A DNA stretch of 63,984 bases, filler included, from Octopus bimaculoides (taxonomy: Eukaryota), in NCBI RefSeq assembly GCF_001194135.2. It is 7 parts of 7 records of this genome, joined end to end, with 100 filler letters (N's around TTAATTAATTAA, not from the genome) between each part and the next. Parts side by side here need not be neighbours in the genome. Positions count along the whole stretch, not along the records: positions 35,539 to 55,584 come from NC_068981.1; 6 more parts are not named here. One strand, written 5' to 3'. How positions within the stretch are numbered: the first letter of the stretch is position 1; every line of letters begins with the position of its first letter. Shown here one piece after another: positions 39,659-52,900 of this stretch. The notes beneath the pieces were generated by a model, which was not told the DNA's origin, did not search any database, and saw only the letters and a list, made by a program, of their open reading frames with translations. The position numbers and the translations under genes were made by a program.

Positions 39659-39801
39659 GGCCGAGATTACCAGCCAGCTGACGTCTCCCATATATATACA
39701 GATGAAGAAAAGGATACGCTTGCAAATTATGAAAGTCAAAATTACCTTCCATCGCATAGCTTACTCTACAGACGTTGGCTCCAAGCACAGAAAGAAAAAA
39801 G
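39659..39801 (+). CDS. CLC-family chloride channel / Cl-H+ exchanger (CLC-6/7-related, chloride channel protein C/D-like), N-terminal exon
   Basis: Acceptor ttatttttag|, donor AG|gtaaca; GRDYQPADVSHIYTDEEKDTLANYESQNYLPSHSLLYRRWLQAQKEK(R) contains the YES-x-[DN]-Y motif that precedes helix B in this branch; ends in phase 2. Confidence 0.88.
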
Positions 39802-39933
39802 GTAACATTTTCTTTAGTTCTCTTTTGAGATTAAAAACACTGGTGTGAGTAAGTTTAATATATTTTGGTGACAGTTCCATGAAAATGCTAAACTAGAGCG
39901 ACTGGTGCATATTGAGTAGTGTGTGAAGCTTCT

Positions 39934-39980
<47 letters not shown>

Positions 39981-41009
39981 GCACACACACATTTTAACAT
40001 TTAGGATTCTCAGTATATACATATGCGAAAAATCAGTCGAGTACAGAATGGTAATTAGAAGCTGGGATGACAAAGGAGATAAACAACTGTAATGAACTTC
40101 ATTAGCTTACAGCTGTTTCTGCTATAAGATGCAACGCACTCACAGTTCAGAGCTTGTGTATCACTCTATAGCTTCTTCGGAGCTTCAAGCATGAAGCGCA
40201 ATTCATTTGCGAAAAACATTTGCATGTATGTATGTATATATATATAGGTACGTATCTAAATCTTGTACAACTCTTATTCTATCTTTTAGTCCCCCTCATA
40301 CTTTCTTCCTCTTTTCTTTTTCTCCTTCCCCCCTCTCTCTCGCATTTCTTGGTCCTCTCTTTCTCTAACTCCCACTTCCTCCCTCGTTTATCTCCCCTGC
40401 ACCTTTCCCTTTGTCTCTGATTTTTTTCTAATCCCTCAATCCCACTGCCCCTACCCCTCTCTCCTCCTTCCATGTGACTGGTGTCCGGCCAGCCATGATC
40501 TTTCTATCTTGACCTGACTGCTGACCGCCAACACCTCTTATGTCCATCTCCTATGTTCCTACCTATTGGCTTTCACTTAATATACGCCAGCTCAACTCGA
40601 TTCGTTCTCAGTTGAAAGATACCTGTTGTTATTTTCTAGTTGTTTGTATTTGTAATTGTGTACCATGTTCTCTGTTTTTGGTCTTTGTTGCCGTACACAT
40701 TCGCTAGCTTTCTTACAAAAAAACTAATACTCTTAGCTTAGACTTTGTCCTTGAAAATGTTGTTTCTCCTGTCCGCCTTTGTATCGTCTGTCTGTCCGAA
40801 TGTTTTATTGTCCTCTATTNNNNNNNNNNNNNNNNNNNNNNNNNNNNNNNNNNNNNNNNNNNNNNNNNNNNNNNNNNNNNNNNNNNNNNNNNNNNNNNNN
40901 NNNATCGTGCTGCTACTGTATAAATCTCTCTGAGGGATTTAGAAATTTCTATTTTCGAAAGCAGTGAATGTATTTCACTTGAAATATATATGTTTTGAAA
41001 GGCGAATAG

Positions 41010-42800
41010 GCATCGACAGCTAGCAAGCCACTTTTTTTGTTGTTTTTTGGGAGGAGTCGAGCCGAATTTTTTGGCGAAGCCGCCATTTTTGGGTGGTTGT
41101 GAAACAATTGAAAAAATTAAGAGTTACGCGGAAGCTACTGGAAGTCGAGATGCTATAGACCCACGTGTGCTGAAGCCGGAGAAGACGGAGTGGAATGAAG
41201 AGAAGATAACTAAATATTGTGAGAATGTAAAGAAAGAAGGGTCAAACATAAAAACGACCCTGCCAGAGGAGGAAAAAAGAAAAACGGAAAGCAAAACGGT
41301 AACATTCAGAACATTTTCGAATGAAAATGGGAGAATAGAACACGCACCGCAGGAAAAGATAGAGGAAATGTTGATGGTAAACATGGGAGAAAAGATAACG
41401 TTTTACACAAACGGAAGAAGATACGGAACTATAGTAGGAACCTTTCTTTCAGAAGAGGATGCGAAAAAATCCGGCAACACAATGTTAACGGGAATAAAAT
41501 GGATGTTGATGCCGAACTGTTGGGGTTACCAAGCCACTTTTTGTGTTGTTTTTTGAAGAACTCAAGCCGAATTTTTTTGGCGCTGGGTCAATAATTGAGA
41601 AAAATGAAAAGATATGCAGAAGCTACAAGAGGTCGAGTTCCCCTAGTGTGCTGAAACAAGAGATAGTAGAGTGCAAAAGTGAGCTGATAGAAAAATATAG
41701 TAGTATGGTGGAGAAGGAAGGGTCAAATATAAAACTGACCCTATCAGAGGAGGAAAAAGCGAAAATGGAAAAGAAGAGAGAAATATTCAGAACATTTTCA
41801 AATAAAAACAAAAGAATTGAAAAAGCGCCGCAGGAAGAAATAGAAGAAATTTTGGAAAGACAGATAGGAGACAGCATAGCGTTTTTTATGAGAGGAAATA
41901 TATATGCGTCTATAGTGGTAACTTTTGTATCAGAAAAGGAGGCGGAAAACTCCTCCAACAGGATGATACACGGAGAGAAATGGACATTGATGCCAAACTG
42001 TTTGGATAAACGAATTGTAAGAATTAGGGTGGGAAGAATTCCGTGGATAATAGCGGCGATTTTTTATTCGGAGATAAGGAAGGAAAGCGAAGACGTGAAG
42101 ATGGGAATGATAAACCGAACCCAACAAGAGAAGTGTGGGGCTACGGATTAGAGATAATGTGTGCAGTGAGCCCGAAATATTACAACAAAATGCCTGAAAA
42201 TGTAGAGCTACCAAATGAAGAAAAGGTGGAGATAATGTCGGAGGGGAGACCCCCCCCAGAGTGTTACGAATGTGGTGAAAGAGGGCACTTGAGAAAGAAA
42301 TGCCCTAGAGCAGCAGTGGAAATTTTAGAGGAGAGTATTCAGGAGAATATAATGGCGGAGAAACAGCAGAAACAGTTAACAGAACAAGATGGTGATTTTG
42401 CAGAAGTGAAAGCAAGAAAAAGAGAGAGGAGGAAGTCACCAACGATAGTGGAACTGAAGAAGTACAAAGCAATGGAAGAGGTAACCAAACCTACGAGAAG
42501 AAACGGGGAAGATCCACCAGTAGGATCACTAGTAAAGGATTTACAAGTACAGAAACATTCAGAATCCCAGACACTCAGACACACGGACATACAAACGCAC
42601 AGAAATATAGACAAACAGATACAAGATAACTCAGAATCACACAAACCTAAAAACAGACACACAGACGAAACATACAGAATTACAATCAAACAAACACACA
42701 GACACACAAATACACAAACACAGAGACACATAGAAAGAATCACTGGAAAGCCAAGAATTACAGAAATACAGAAACAAAAAGCATAAACATGCAAGACACA
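41010..42800 (+). mobile_element. Tx1/L1-like LINE 5' region and ORF1 (gag-like, CCHC knuckle) with a duplicated 5' part
   Basis: PPECYECGERGHLRKKCP zinc knuckle; ORFs 41047-41556, 41543-42151 and 42043-42786 are a partial copy plus a frameshifted full copy. Confidence 0.8.
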
Positions 42801-43152
42801 GAAGTAAGGCTTATAGTGAAATATAGGACGCTCAAAAGTTAAAAGAATTTGTAATATGGTTCCCTGGTGATGAAATTATATGTATACCAGCATCTCTTAC
42901 TGCTTTGGAGTAGAGTGCATATAATGTTTGAAACATATGTTGGAATTAAAGGAACTTATTGATTATATACGTTTGCTCCATTTACTATTATTCTTTATAT
43001 CAACTCAAAATACATTACTTTAACATGGAATTTCTACCTCTTAGCCGAGTATGATACCCCAGTTTTTGTGTGATTTTTGCTACCCTGGTAACTATTAACA
43101 TATTTGCATTATCGAAGTTTTTCAACCAAGATAATATTAATAAATACATAAA

Positions 43153-43195
<43 letters not shown>

Positions 43196-43689
43196 GCACG
43201 CACACGCTAAAATAAGGTTATACATACGCATATGTAAGTATGTATGTATGAATGTATGTATGTATGAAGTAACGGTTGAACACCTCGAAGGAAAGATGAC
43301 CAAGTATAGGTGTCAATACTTCAAAACGTGAAAATTTGAAAGAGTTGAAGCCACGTAGTAAATGGGTGAGCAGATTACATCTATAATAGACTATTTATTA
43401 GCATAAAAGCAACACTATTAACATCTAGTGCAAGAAAGAAAGAAAGTTGTAACTACTGAAACTCAACAGAAGTACAAATTCATAATGGAGTCTATAAACC
43501 CCTTTCGAAAACTACTAAAGCTAGATTCAAGGTGAGTATAACATTATTAATAAGTAAGTCTTTTCTGAAAAAGTTCCTCATGAAATAGTGGCCATTCAAA
43601 ACGATCTAAAATCTAAATATTTGAAGTATAAATAAAAGCAATGGATTGCAAAACGAATTGTAAAGCGCGGAAATATCCCATTTTAATCT

Positions 43690-43830
43690 ACGGCGGTATT
43701 GTGAAAATGGGATTCAAGAGTATACATGTCTTGAGGTCAGCAGAAATGCAAGTAGATTTTCTAAATGATCTGAAGACACTAAGAATTAATGTATTAAGTA
43801 TCAGTAAAACTAAATTCCCGTGAAGTGCAT
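43690..43830 (+). mobile_element. Tx1/L1-like ORF2 APE endonuclease start, remnant
   Basis: LRSAEMQVDFLNDLKTLRINVLSISKTK resembles the APE N-terminal L..L..DV..I.ET motif; downstream of ORF1 on the same strand. Confidence 0.55.
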
Positions 43831-44779
43831 CCTCCACTTCCTCTGTTCAACATTGTTTCTGAAAGATTTGGTCTAAACGAGAGGACAATCTTTTTGTACT
43901 CAGTCGATGGTTTGATATTTCTAGGACTGAATAGTAGTCAAGAACGCCATTTATACTTTTTCATCAGTGTTAGTTTATGCCTGGTGTGATTTTAATCACA
44001 TAATAAATTTGGGAAATTAGGTGAGAGTGTAAACACTCAAAATTGCCCAGGCTTTTGCAAATGTGTGAAAGGTTTTTAATATCTTTCCCGAATGTAATAA
44101 ATTGAAATTTGAAAATCCGCAGTGGGTCTTATAGATGGTGTATCGATCAATATTTTACATTAGTGGATGTGGATCGCGCAGAGTACAATTTCTACTTGTT
44201 GGTTTTCAACTTACGTATTTGAGATAGGTTCTGCTAAATTAAATAGGTTTATTAATAATTATAAAGATTTTGAAGTGGAACATTAGAGTAAAAAATCTCA
44301 GGTTCAATAAAGACACGCAATAAAAAATGTTAGGTTAGATGGTAATTTAATAGGTTTATTCGAAGATGTCGGAAAAAAGCATCGCAACCGACAGGCTTTT
44401 GAAGTACAAGTGATGAAGTGACAGGTGAAATACAGCAATCATGCATTATTTTACAGGCTGTAACAAGCTTGTTCTGTTTAATCCCAATACAGTGTCTATT
44501 GTTGTACAATAAAATGTGAGCATATAAGAACAACATCATGTTCCCGGCATCGATTTCGAAAGACTAAATTACAAGTTTATTATTAATACCACTATTAAGA
44601 CTTTTCATAGTTTCGGGGTCGGTAAAATAGCTACTAGTTCAGTACTGGGATCGATGTAACTGACTTAGCCCCTCGCTTGAAATTGCTGGCTTTGTGTCCA
44701 AATTTGAAAATATTTTTACGCTAGTGCATGTCAGTTTAGTTAGCAGGTATTTTATCTAGTTATTTGGTGATAACAAGTT

Positions 44780-46560
44780 TTTTCAGTTCGCAATAAACTT
44801 CCTTAGGGTTCTTGCAGAATTTAGGATGGTACTTTTTTACAGTTTTAATTTCCAATCTTTTTCAGTCTTTTAGGTATCATTCTAGGTATTCACCAATGAC
44901 TACAGGAATATTTATTGTCTTGGTCTCCCACTCTTTCCTCAGCTATCTGGCTAAATCCTGATATTTCCAGTTTTTTTTAGTTTCTTTGGTATAGACTGTG
45001 GAACTGCAAATTTTTTAGTTTCTTTGGTATCGACATGGAGAACTGCAAAATCTATGATCTTACACTGTTTATTTTGTCCTCTATGATCATACATGCTCTT
45101 CTTGCTTCAATAGTATGGTCAATCTTTATGGGGAAAATCCACAAGATTTTGTAATTCTCATTTTCTATGACAGCCTCTGGTTTGTGCTCATACCACTTTT
45201 ATGTTGTTTTGAAGCCACAATCCGGATAATATCCCAATGTACATCTATGGCCAACACAGTCATGTCTGCGCTTTATTCCTTGCGTGTTAGTATACTGTAG
45301 TCACTCAAAAGATGATTGATCCTTTCATCTCCTTTCCTGCATTTGCTGTGTCACTAAGATTTGCCGATCTTTACCTTTATTAGATTCGTTGTAAGGGTTT
45401 GTTTCTAAGCGACTATGATTAGCGTTTCTGTCTCTCGTTTCAAGTTTCTATCCATCACCCAGAACCAGTCATCTTTACTTTCCTCACTCTCGTGTTTGTT
45501 TTTGCATGAATTGTCCATGTAGTGCCATTTCTTTGCATTTGTTTATGTTGTTCTTCATTTTCTCTTTAAATTCTCCTACTATTTCGATCACATTTTGGGT
45601 ATCTTCGGCTTATTACTCTCTTTTTACTCTCCAATTTTTCAGAACTAGTATTGTAGTATTAACAGTGTCTTCTGCGTTTTGTAATCCCCTGCGACCTTCA
45701 TTTCTTGGTAGGTAGAGTCACTCAGGTATTGCTTTTGGGGTAAGTGCGTTGTATATTGTGAGCGGCTTTCTAGTTTTTCTACTCAAGTTCTATATTTCAG
45801 CCTTTGTCAAATTCAGAAAGGAAGCAGTATATCTCAATACGGGCATATGTATTTATGGTTTTAATGATGTTCCTTCCATTTAAGTTTGTTTCGAGCACCT
45901 TTCTAATTTTCCTCTTGTACCTTTTAGTGACTTCCTCTATCATTTCATCCTCCATTATCCTATCGTTCTCCAGCAAAACTTAGATATTTGTACCTTATTA
46001 GTCCACAATGATCTAATGATATTGTCCTGTGGTAATTTTATGCCATCAGAGTTTATCTTCCGACCACTCTTAATAGTTTGTACAGTGCACTTGTTTACCA
46101 CGAACTGCATTCCAGTTTCTTAACTGAATATTCACACTGAGTCTAAGTTTGATTCATTTTTTTGTATACATCTTGAGGTAACCTATACAAGGTAGGTGAT
46201 TTATCCTCATCTTGGATTTGGTTAGCGCATAGGCATGCCTAGATTTTCTCAGTATACTTGTCAGAGAGATTTGTGCAATGACGAAGAATAATGGAGAGAG
46301 CGAGTCTCCCATGAAATTTACTCTGCTTATTTTCACATTGACTAACACATATCAGTTCTGCTTTCCAAACTCTCATTGCTTTCTCCGAAAAATTGTTTTT
46401 CTTCTCATTGCCTCAGATCATCCTAAGACACCCCAAGTGCCAGTTGTGTGTGTGACATTGTCGTAAGCCTTTCTGTAATCCATTCATCCAACAGCTAAAT
46501 TCTTCTTTACTCGTGCCTAATTTAATAGTCTAATATCCATATATAGCAGAGGAGCAGTTC
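44780..46560 (-). mobile_element. Degraded RLE-type LINE (RT to C-terminus)
   Basis: GDSLSPLFFVIAQISLTSIL...INHL RT segment; many stops; IPVVIG-like motif near 44900. Confidence 0.75.
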
Positions 46561-46599
46561 CTCTTGATTTCTCCCTACATGCTTTTTGTTTCCTTGACA

Positions 46600-47714
46600 A
46601 TAGATTTTCTTATTATTGTTTCATTTTCAGAGCTAAGGCGCGGGCTCTAAGATAAGGAGGAACGGAAGTTACTCAATAGACCTGAGTAACATATGTGCAA
46701 CGTGGCAACAAAGCCACAACTCGGTCTTTAGTGGACCAAAATAGGTGCTCAGTACTCGATCCCGAACAGATGCGTGCGGCATTTCGATAACACTTCGCTC
46801 AACTGTTTGGGACGAATGACAGTCAGGAACGCAGGATAGATTTCAGTGCGGGTCCATGTCGTCCAATAACATCGTGGGACGCTGGACGAAGAGACTGGTT
46901 AAATCACTTTTGGTCTGGTTTGGTCTGGACTTCCAGGTTAAGAAAAACAGGGCTGAGGTGATGAGCAGGTTAGCCACTCAATCTGAAAGGTCGGACAGAA
47001 GGGAATGAATGCTTATATCACCTCCGTTTTATATTACCGCCTGACCAAACTGCAGCGCTTGCTCTTCGGCTTTCTGTTGAATAGATGCCTGCCACTTATC
47101 AGGAGTTCCAGTTGATTGGAGGGCTTGGTATACCATGGATGTTGATGCGCAGGGATGCGTTGCAGCTACATCTCCAGCGCTTCTTTGATGGTTAACATGT
47201 GTGATCGCTGTTTGTCAGTCAGGATTTTCCGCAGCACTTCTCTTTGACTGAGCTGCAATCCAGGCTCAAGAGTAGATCAACGCAGGGCGCCTGGCATCTG
47301 AAGTGTCATGAGCTACCCATAGTCCTTTCTTAGTTGGGCGATGCGATCGGTGGAAGTTCTACTCTGGCATTCTCTAGAGGGTGAGTAGCGGGCAAGTGCG
47401 AAGATGTTCTCGGAAAGACCCTGGGCGTCGACCAGAATAAACTGTCTGATCTGTTTTGGAGAATTCCCTGTCGGGGCTTATGAATAATTTCCAGAAATCC
47501 TTGGCCTGACTATGCTACTGGCAGCGTATTGCCGGTTCGAAATAAACTCTACAGACACGAAAGTGCCGTTAGCCGGGCTTGCCCGAAATGCGCGCAGAGT
47601 GACGAGACTCTTCTGTATGCTCTCATCCAGTGCTCGCGCATTGCTGTCCTTTGGGTTTATGTCGAATGCCTGCTGTCGCGTATAGTACAGATCCAGCTAT
47701 TGGCTGCGTCCATC
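46600..47714 (+). mobile_element. Tx1/L1-like ORF2 fragments
   Basis: VQRGNKATTRSLVDQN...HFAQLFG, GGLGIP, and LPVRNKLYRH...CPKCAQSDETLLYALIQC (zf-RVT-like). Confidence 0.75.
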
Positions 47715-47949
47715 GCCTTAGGTATAATAAAAAAATATTCAGACAAATACATAACAAAAACACCAGGACTTACAAATATATATAACATACAGAAAATTGC
47801 ACTACTGGGTACTGCACACATTTTACGCAAAACACTTTCAATACAGTAAACATAAGAGCACCACAGCAATCCACAGCACATACCCAAGGCGCACAGAGCT
47901 GCGCTCGGTAGTGAAGTGAAAGCACGTTATAAAAATAAAACTACTGAAC
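47715..47949 (+). mobile_element. RLE-type LINE extreme 3' end, inverted relative to its body
   Basis: ALGIIKKYSDKYITKTPGLTNIYNIQKIALLGTAHILRKTLSIQ* plus 3' UTR; near-identical to 14870-15106 reverse-complemented. Confidence 0.85.
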
Positions 47950-48091
47950 CATTAAAGGTTCACATAAAAACGTGGGGACAATACAGGATAATACAATAAA
48001 TATAAAGTGGAATTAAAACGTCTAAACAAAAGAATAAAACGAAATAATGTTTGTCGCCACCCCAAGACGTTACTAACCCCAAGATGACGCC

Positions 48092-49877
48092 TTGTTTCTG
48101 TTTTTAGATTCCACATTCGAGTTATCTCTATTTCCAGGTCTTTGTATTTTGAAAGTGTTTCCATTTCTTTTAGAGAAACGTTGTCATCTGCTGGTATTGA
48201 TACATCAATTAGAAAGCATTTTTTATTTTCATGATCTTTGACAACTATTTCTGGTCTATTTTCCTTAATTTTTCTATCTGTGTGTATTGGCATATCCCAG
48301 AGTATGGTTGCTTTCTCGTTTTCTGTGACCTTTTCTGGAGTGTGTTTATACCATCTTTTTTCTGTTGTTATTCAATAGTGTTGGCATAGCTTCCAGTGTA
48401 TATCGGTCCCAGTTTTGTCATGTCTGTGAATATATTCCTTCTTAGCCAGGACTGGGCAGCCAGAGATAATATGATTTATTGTTTCTTGTCCATCTCCACA
48501 TATTCTACAGTTACTTGTTATGTTTCTTTTCATTATGTGTTTTTGGTAATTTCTGGTGGAGAGGCTTTGGTCTTGTGCAGCAATTAAAAATCCTTCAGTC
48601 TCTGCTTTGAATCCTGAGCTTCTCAACCATTGCTGGGATTTTTCTCTGTCTNNNNNNNNNNNNNNNNNNNNNNNNNNNNNNNNNNNNNNNNNNNNNNNNN
48701 NNNNNNNNNNNNNNNNNNNNNNNNNNNNNNNNNNNNNNNNNNNNNNNNNNNNNNNNNNNNNNNNNNNNNNNNNNNNNNNNNNNNNNNNNNNNNNNNNNNN
48801 NNNNNNNNNNNNNNNNNNNNNNNNNNNNNNNNNNNNNNNNNNNNNNNNNNNNNNNNNNNNNNNNNNNNNNNNNNNNNNNNNNNNNNNNNNNNNNNNNNNN
48901 NNNNNNNNNNNNNNNNNNNNNNNNNNNNNNNNNNNNNNNNNNNNNNNNNNNNNNNNNNNNNNNNNNNNNNNNNNNNNNNNNNNNNNNNNNNNNNNNNNNN
49001 NNNNNNNNNNNNNNNNNNNNNNNNNNNNNNNNNNNNNNNNNNNNNNNNNNNNNNNNNNNNNNNNNNNNNNNNNNNNNNNNNNNNNNNNNNNNNNNNNNNN
49101 NNNNNNNNNNNNNNNNNNNNNNNNNNNNNNNNNNNNNNNNNNNNNNNNNNNNNNNNNNNNNNNNNNNNNNNNNNNNNNNNNNNNNNNNNNNNNNNNNNNN
49201 NNNNNNNNNNNNNNNNNNNNNNNNNNNNNNNNNNNNNNNNNNNNNNNNNNNNNNNNNNNNNNNNNNNNNNNNNNNNNNNNNNNNNNNNNNNNNNNNNNNN
49301 NNNNNNNNNNTGCTACTTTTAACTAATTTTCCTCTTTTCAGGGTTGCTTTGGCACATTTTTCTAATCCGAATTTCATATCTATTTCCTTGGTAAAGCCGT
49401 GTACTGTCTGTAGTAGTGTTTCTAGCTCTTTGTCGTTTTTTGCATATAATTTTAGGTCATCCATATATAGAAGGTGGCTGACTGTTTTCCGTAGCATTTG
49501 TAACCGCATCCAGTTCTATTTAGCAATTCAGTTAAAGGTGTGAGAGCCAGGCGGAACAGGAGTGGAGAGAGCGTGTCTCCCTGGAATATTCCTCTTCTAA
49601 TGGGGATGGCTTTCGTTTTCACAAGTCCCTCTTTTGTTTGGAGCTGTAGCACTGTCTGCCATTTGTTCATAGAGTGCCCTATGTATTTTATAATAATTGG
49701 TACCACCTTGTTTACGGCTAGTGTTTCCAGAATCCACGTGTGGGGAACACTGTCGAAAGCCTTTTGGTAGTCCACCAAGGCCATACTGAGGCCTTTCTTC
49801 TTTCTGAGGCTGTCTTCAGTTATGGCTTTATTGATCAATAATTGATCTTTACAGCCGCATGAGCCCTTGCAGCATCC
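48092..49877 (-). mobile_element. RLE-type (R4/Dong-like) LINE body: RT, CCHC and RLE
   Basis: VDYQKAFDSVPH, RGIFQGDTLSPLLF, HLLYMDDLKLY, CRICGDGQETINHIISGC, PEIVVKD...LIDVSIP; 5' truncation abuts (AAT)n at 49878-49925. Confidence 0.9.
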
Positions 49878-49925
<48 letters not shown>

Positions 49926-52900
49926 AATATTTGGTAGTTTGAGGCAAATTTCTACTGCATCACCTGCTACACTTCCGTGTTACTGGGGTGTGTGCAACAT
50001 TGTGTTATTTTTTGTTGTTGGAGGTGTTCAAACTCTTCCTGGTATTTTATTGCATCAATTTTGTTTTTCATGTAGTGTGGTGCAGTCATTTGTTCTATTA
50101 ATTCTTGTATTGTGTGTTGAGTGTGTAATGCGTGTGTAACTAGTCTGCAGCTGGTAGTTTATTTCATTGGATATTTGCTATATAGAGTGTGTCTTGTCCA
50201 TGGGGATTGTTTTGTTTAGGTTTTATTAATGATTCGATAGTTCCTTGCGTAGGATGTGGGTTTTTCTTAGTAGGGCTATTTTGGGGATTGTGTGTAGTGT
50301 TGAGGGTCCCGGTATAGCTTCTACGTTTTTGCACATGTTTTTCGTCATGATCATTGCCCCAATTATTACTGGTATTGTTTTCCCCTTCATGAACCAAATC
50401 TTGAATATTTCAGTTTCAAGGTCGTTGTAGTTTGACTTCTCCACTTATGTTTGAACAATATTTTGGTCAGAAGTGGTTATGTAAGCAGGTGTTTTTTTTC
50501 TTCTCAATCCTTGATTATGTCTGGGTGATTAGCTTTTATTTCTTTGCCGTTTTGATTTCTTTGTTGGATGATTGTGGCCTTGGACGTTGTTTTGTATCTT
50601 GTTTGGCACATGTTTATACCATCTATAACCAGTTTTTACGTTGAAGTGTTGGCATATTGTCCAATTGATATAACTACTTACTCGGTCATGTCTGTATATA
50701 TATTGAAATTTGGCAAGACTGGACAGCCAGAGATAATGTGGTCAACTGTCTCATTGTACTGTTTTCATTATTTTGCTTTTATACTTGTTTGTAATGTGCA
50801 GCGAGAAGCAGTCCTTCCTTTTCAGCTTTTAGTCCAGCGCATTTTATCCATTGTTGGCTTTCACTTCTTCTCTGTTAAGCCTTGCAGAGTATTGGCCTCC
50901 AACAATTTTGGTTCCATTTCTTCCCGAGTGTTTTCATGACACATAGGGTAGAGAAACGCATTGTATACGTTGGTAGGCCATGAAAATAAACACCCCAGAT
51001 TGTTCATTTACAAAATCAAATAAAGTTATGCAAAAAATATCATTTACACCGAGGAAGTCGTTCACATAGCGACAATGCTTTTCTCAATACTTGATTTCTT
51101 CAATAAGCAAAATTTTTGTATTTGCTGAGCTTGTCAAATTCTTTTGCCAAAATATAATGACCACATTGGATACTCCTGCCAATCAATAAACAGACATTAT
51201 TTTGGTCTTTTGCAACAATAACTGGTGTGTTCGCGTTGATGGTACTGTCTGAACGTGCCGGAAAGTCCCAAAGACTCGTTACATTTTCTTCCTCATTTAC
51301 AGTCTCAAACTCATGCTTATACTACTTGTCAACAATTTTGATTTTATGATGCTGGTATATCAGACAGTGTTATGTTTTGATTTACACTTTACTAGTGCTT
51401 AAATTTTACATTCAGAGATTAGGTGGTCCACTGTTTCAATTTCCTCATTGCAGAACCGGCACTCTAGATCTATTCTATTGTTAGTTCCGGGTCAAGAAGT
51501 TTTGATATTGAGCAGCTAGCATGAAACCTTTTCTCTTTACTTTGAGCCCATGCTTCGTAGCCTCTGATGAGTATGCTTCTGGTCAACATATGCATGTTTG
51601 CAACAGGCCAGATATTTGCCATGCAGAGATTTCTGCTCCCACCTACCAGCCAATTAATTTTACTGTCATTGCCATTAATGTTACTTTATTTGCAGCAACA
51701 ACTGCCACATTTCCTTCAGGAAGTTCAACATGAAATCAACAGAAAATTACTTCCTCTCTTCCAAGATAGAATGAAGCTTCTTAAGCCTCCCGTGCTTTTC
51801 AACGAGTTTCAGCATCCAGTCTTAGGTGTTTCAAGATATGTGACTAGACCAATTGTAGATTAAGCTTCTCGATCCTGGAGCTCTGGGAAAGTAAAGTCAG
51901 ATCCACGTCTGTCTTTTGGCGTGTATCTTATTACAAATCAGCAACGTATGAATTTTTCCGTCAATTTTCTTTTACAAATATTCCAGTTCAACACATTGAA
52001 GTTTTAAGTAACAACTGGAACTACTAAGGAATTTATGTGCGAATACCTTGTTGTGTGCATTTAGCTCAGTTTTCAGAACTCATGTTCCATAACATTCCTT
52101 CCTAATCTTTTGCTGTATGTCAGAGCCTTCTTTTATACCTAGGTATTTATAGGTTTGTTCTTGCTCAAGTTCTTTTATATCTGTTTCAATACTTAACACG
52201 ACTGACTGAATTTGGTGTTATCAGTTTCCCTTTCTCGAAAGTAGCCTTGGCACAATTATCAAGGCCAAATTCCATCCCGATGGCCTTCAAACTCATCATT
52301 TTTTGTGACGTAAAGTTTTAAGGCTTATATATTTTGTTGTCAATCTTATGACCATGCCCTGTTCTGTTAAATTCACATCTAAGAGGTATTAAAGCTAAGA
52401 AAAAATTTTAGAGGTGAAAGTCAATCACCTTGGAAAATTCCACTGTTGATGCTAATATTGTTTGAAGCTAGTTCTCCATTAGAGTGATATAATTGGAGAA
52501 TCGTGTTCCACAATAACATATTTTGCTTCAGAAAATTTGTGATTACAGAAGAAATTTTGGAGATGTCCGGCGATTTCAGGATCCATGAACGCGGTATGCT
52601 GTTTGTAAGCGGTTTGTAATCGCCGTCGTCATGGTCGTCGTCACCGTCACCGTCGTCATCATTGTCGTTGTCGTCGTCGCCGTCGCTGCCGCTGCCACCA
52701 CCGTTGCCGCCACCGTCGCCGCCACCGCCTCCACCGTCGTCCTTGTTGCGGTATGTCCTCTGTCTGGATATGTGATATAACAGCATTTATCTTTCTGGCA
52801 ATTACATATATCATACTCCTATGAGCCCTTCACATATTTATCGGGATATTTTCTTCAGGAGCATTCATTTATTCCATAAGCCGTCACTGTGATTCAAGCG

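Noticed and set aside
44137-44216. Alternative phase-2 exon after the first CLC exon (RWCIDQYFTLV...)
   Set aside because: No CLC similarity and a poor donor; 54264-54393 fits far better.
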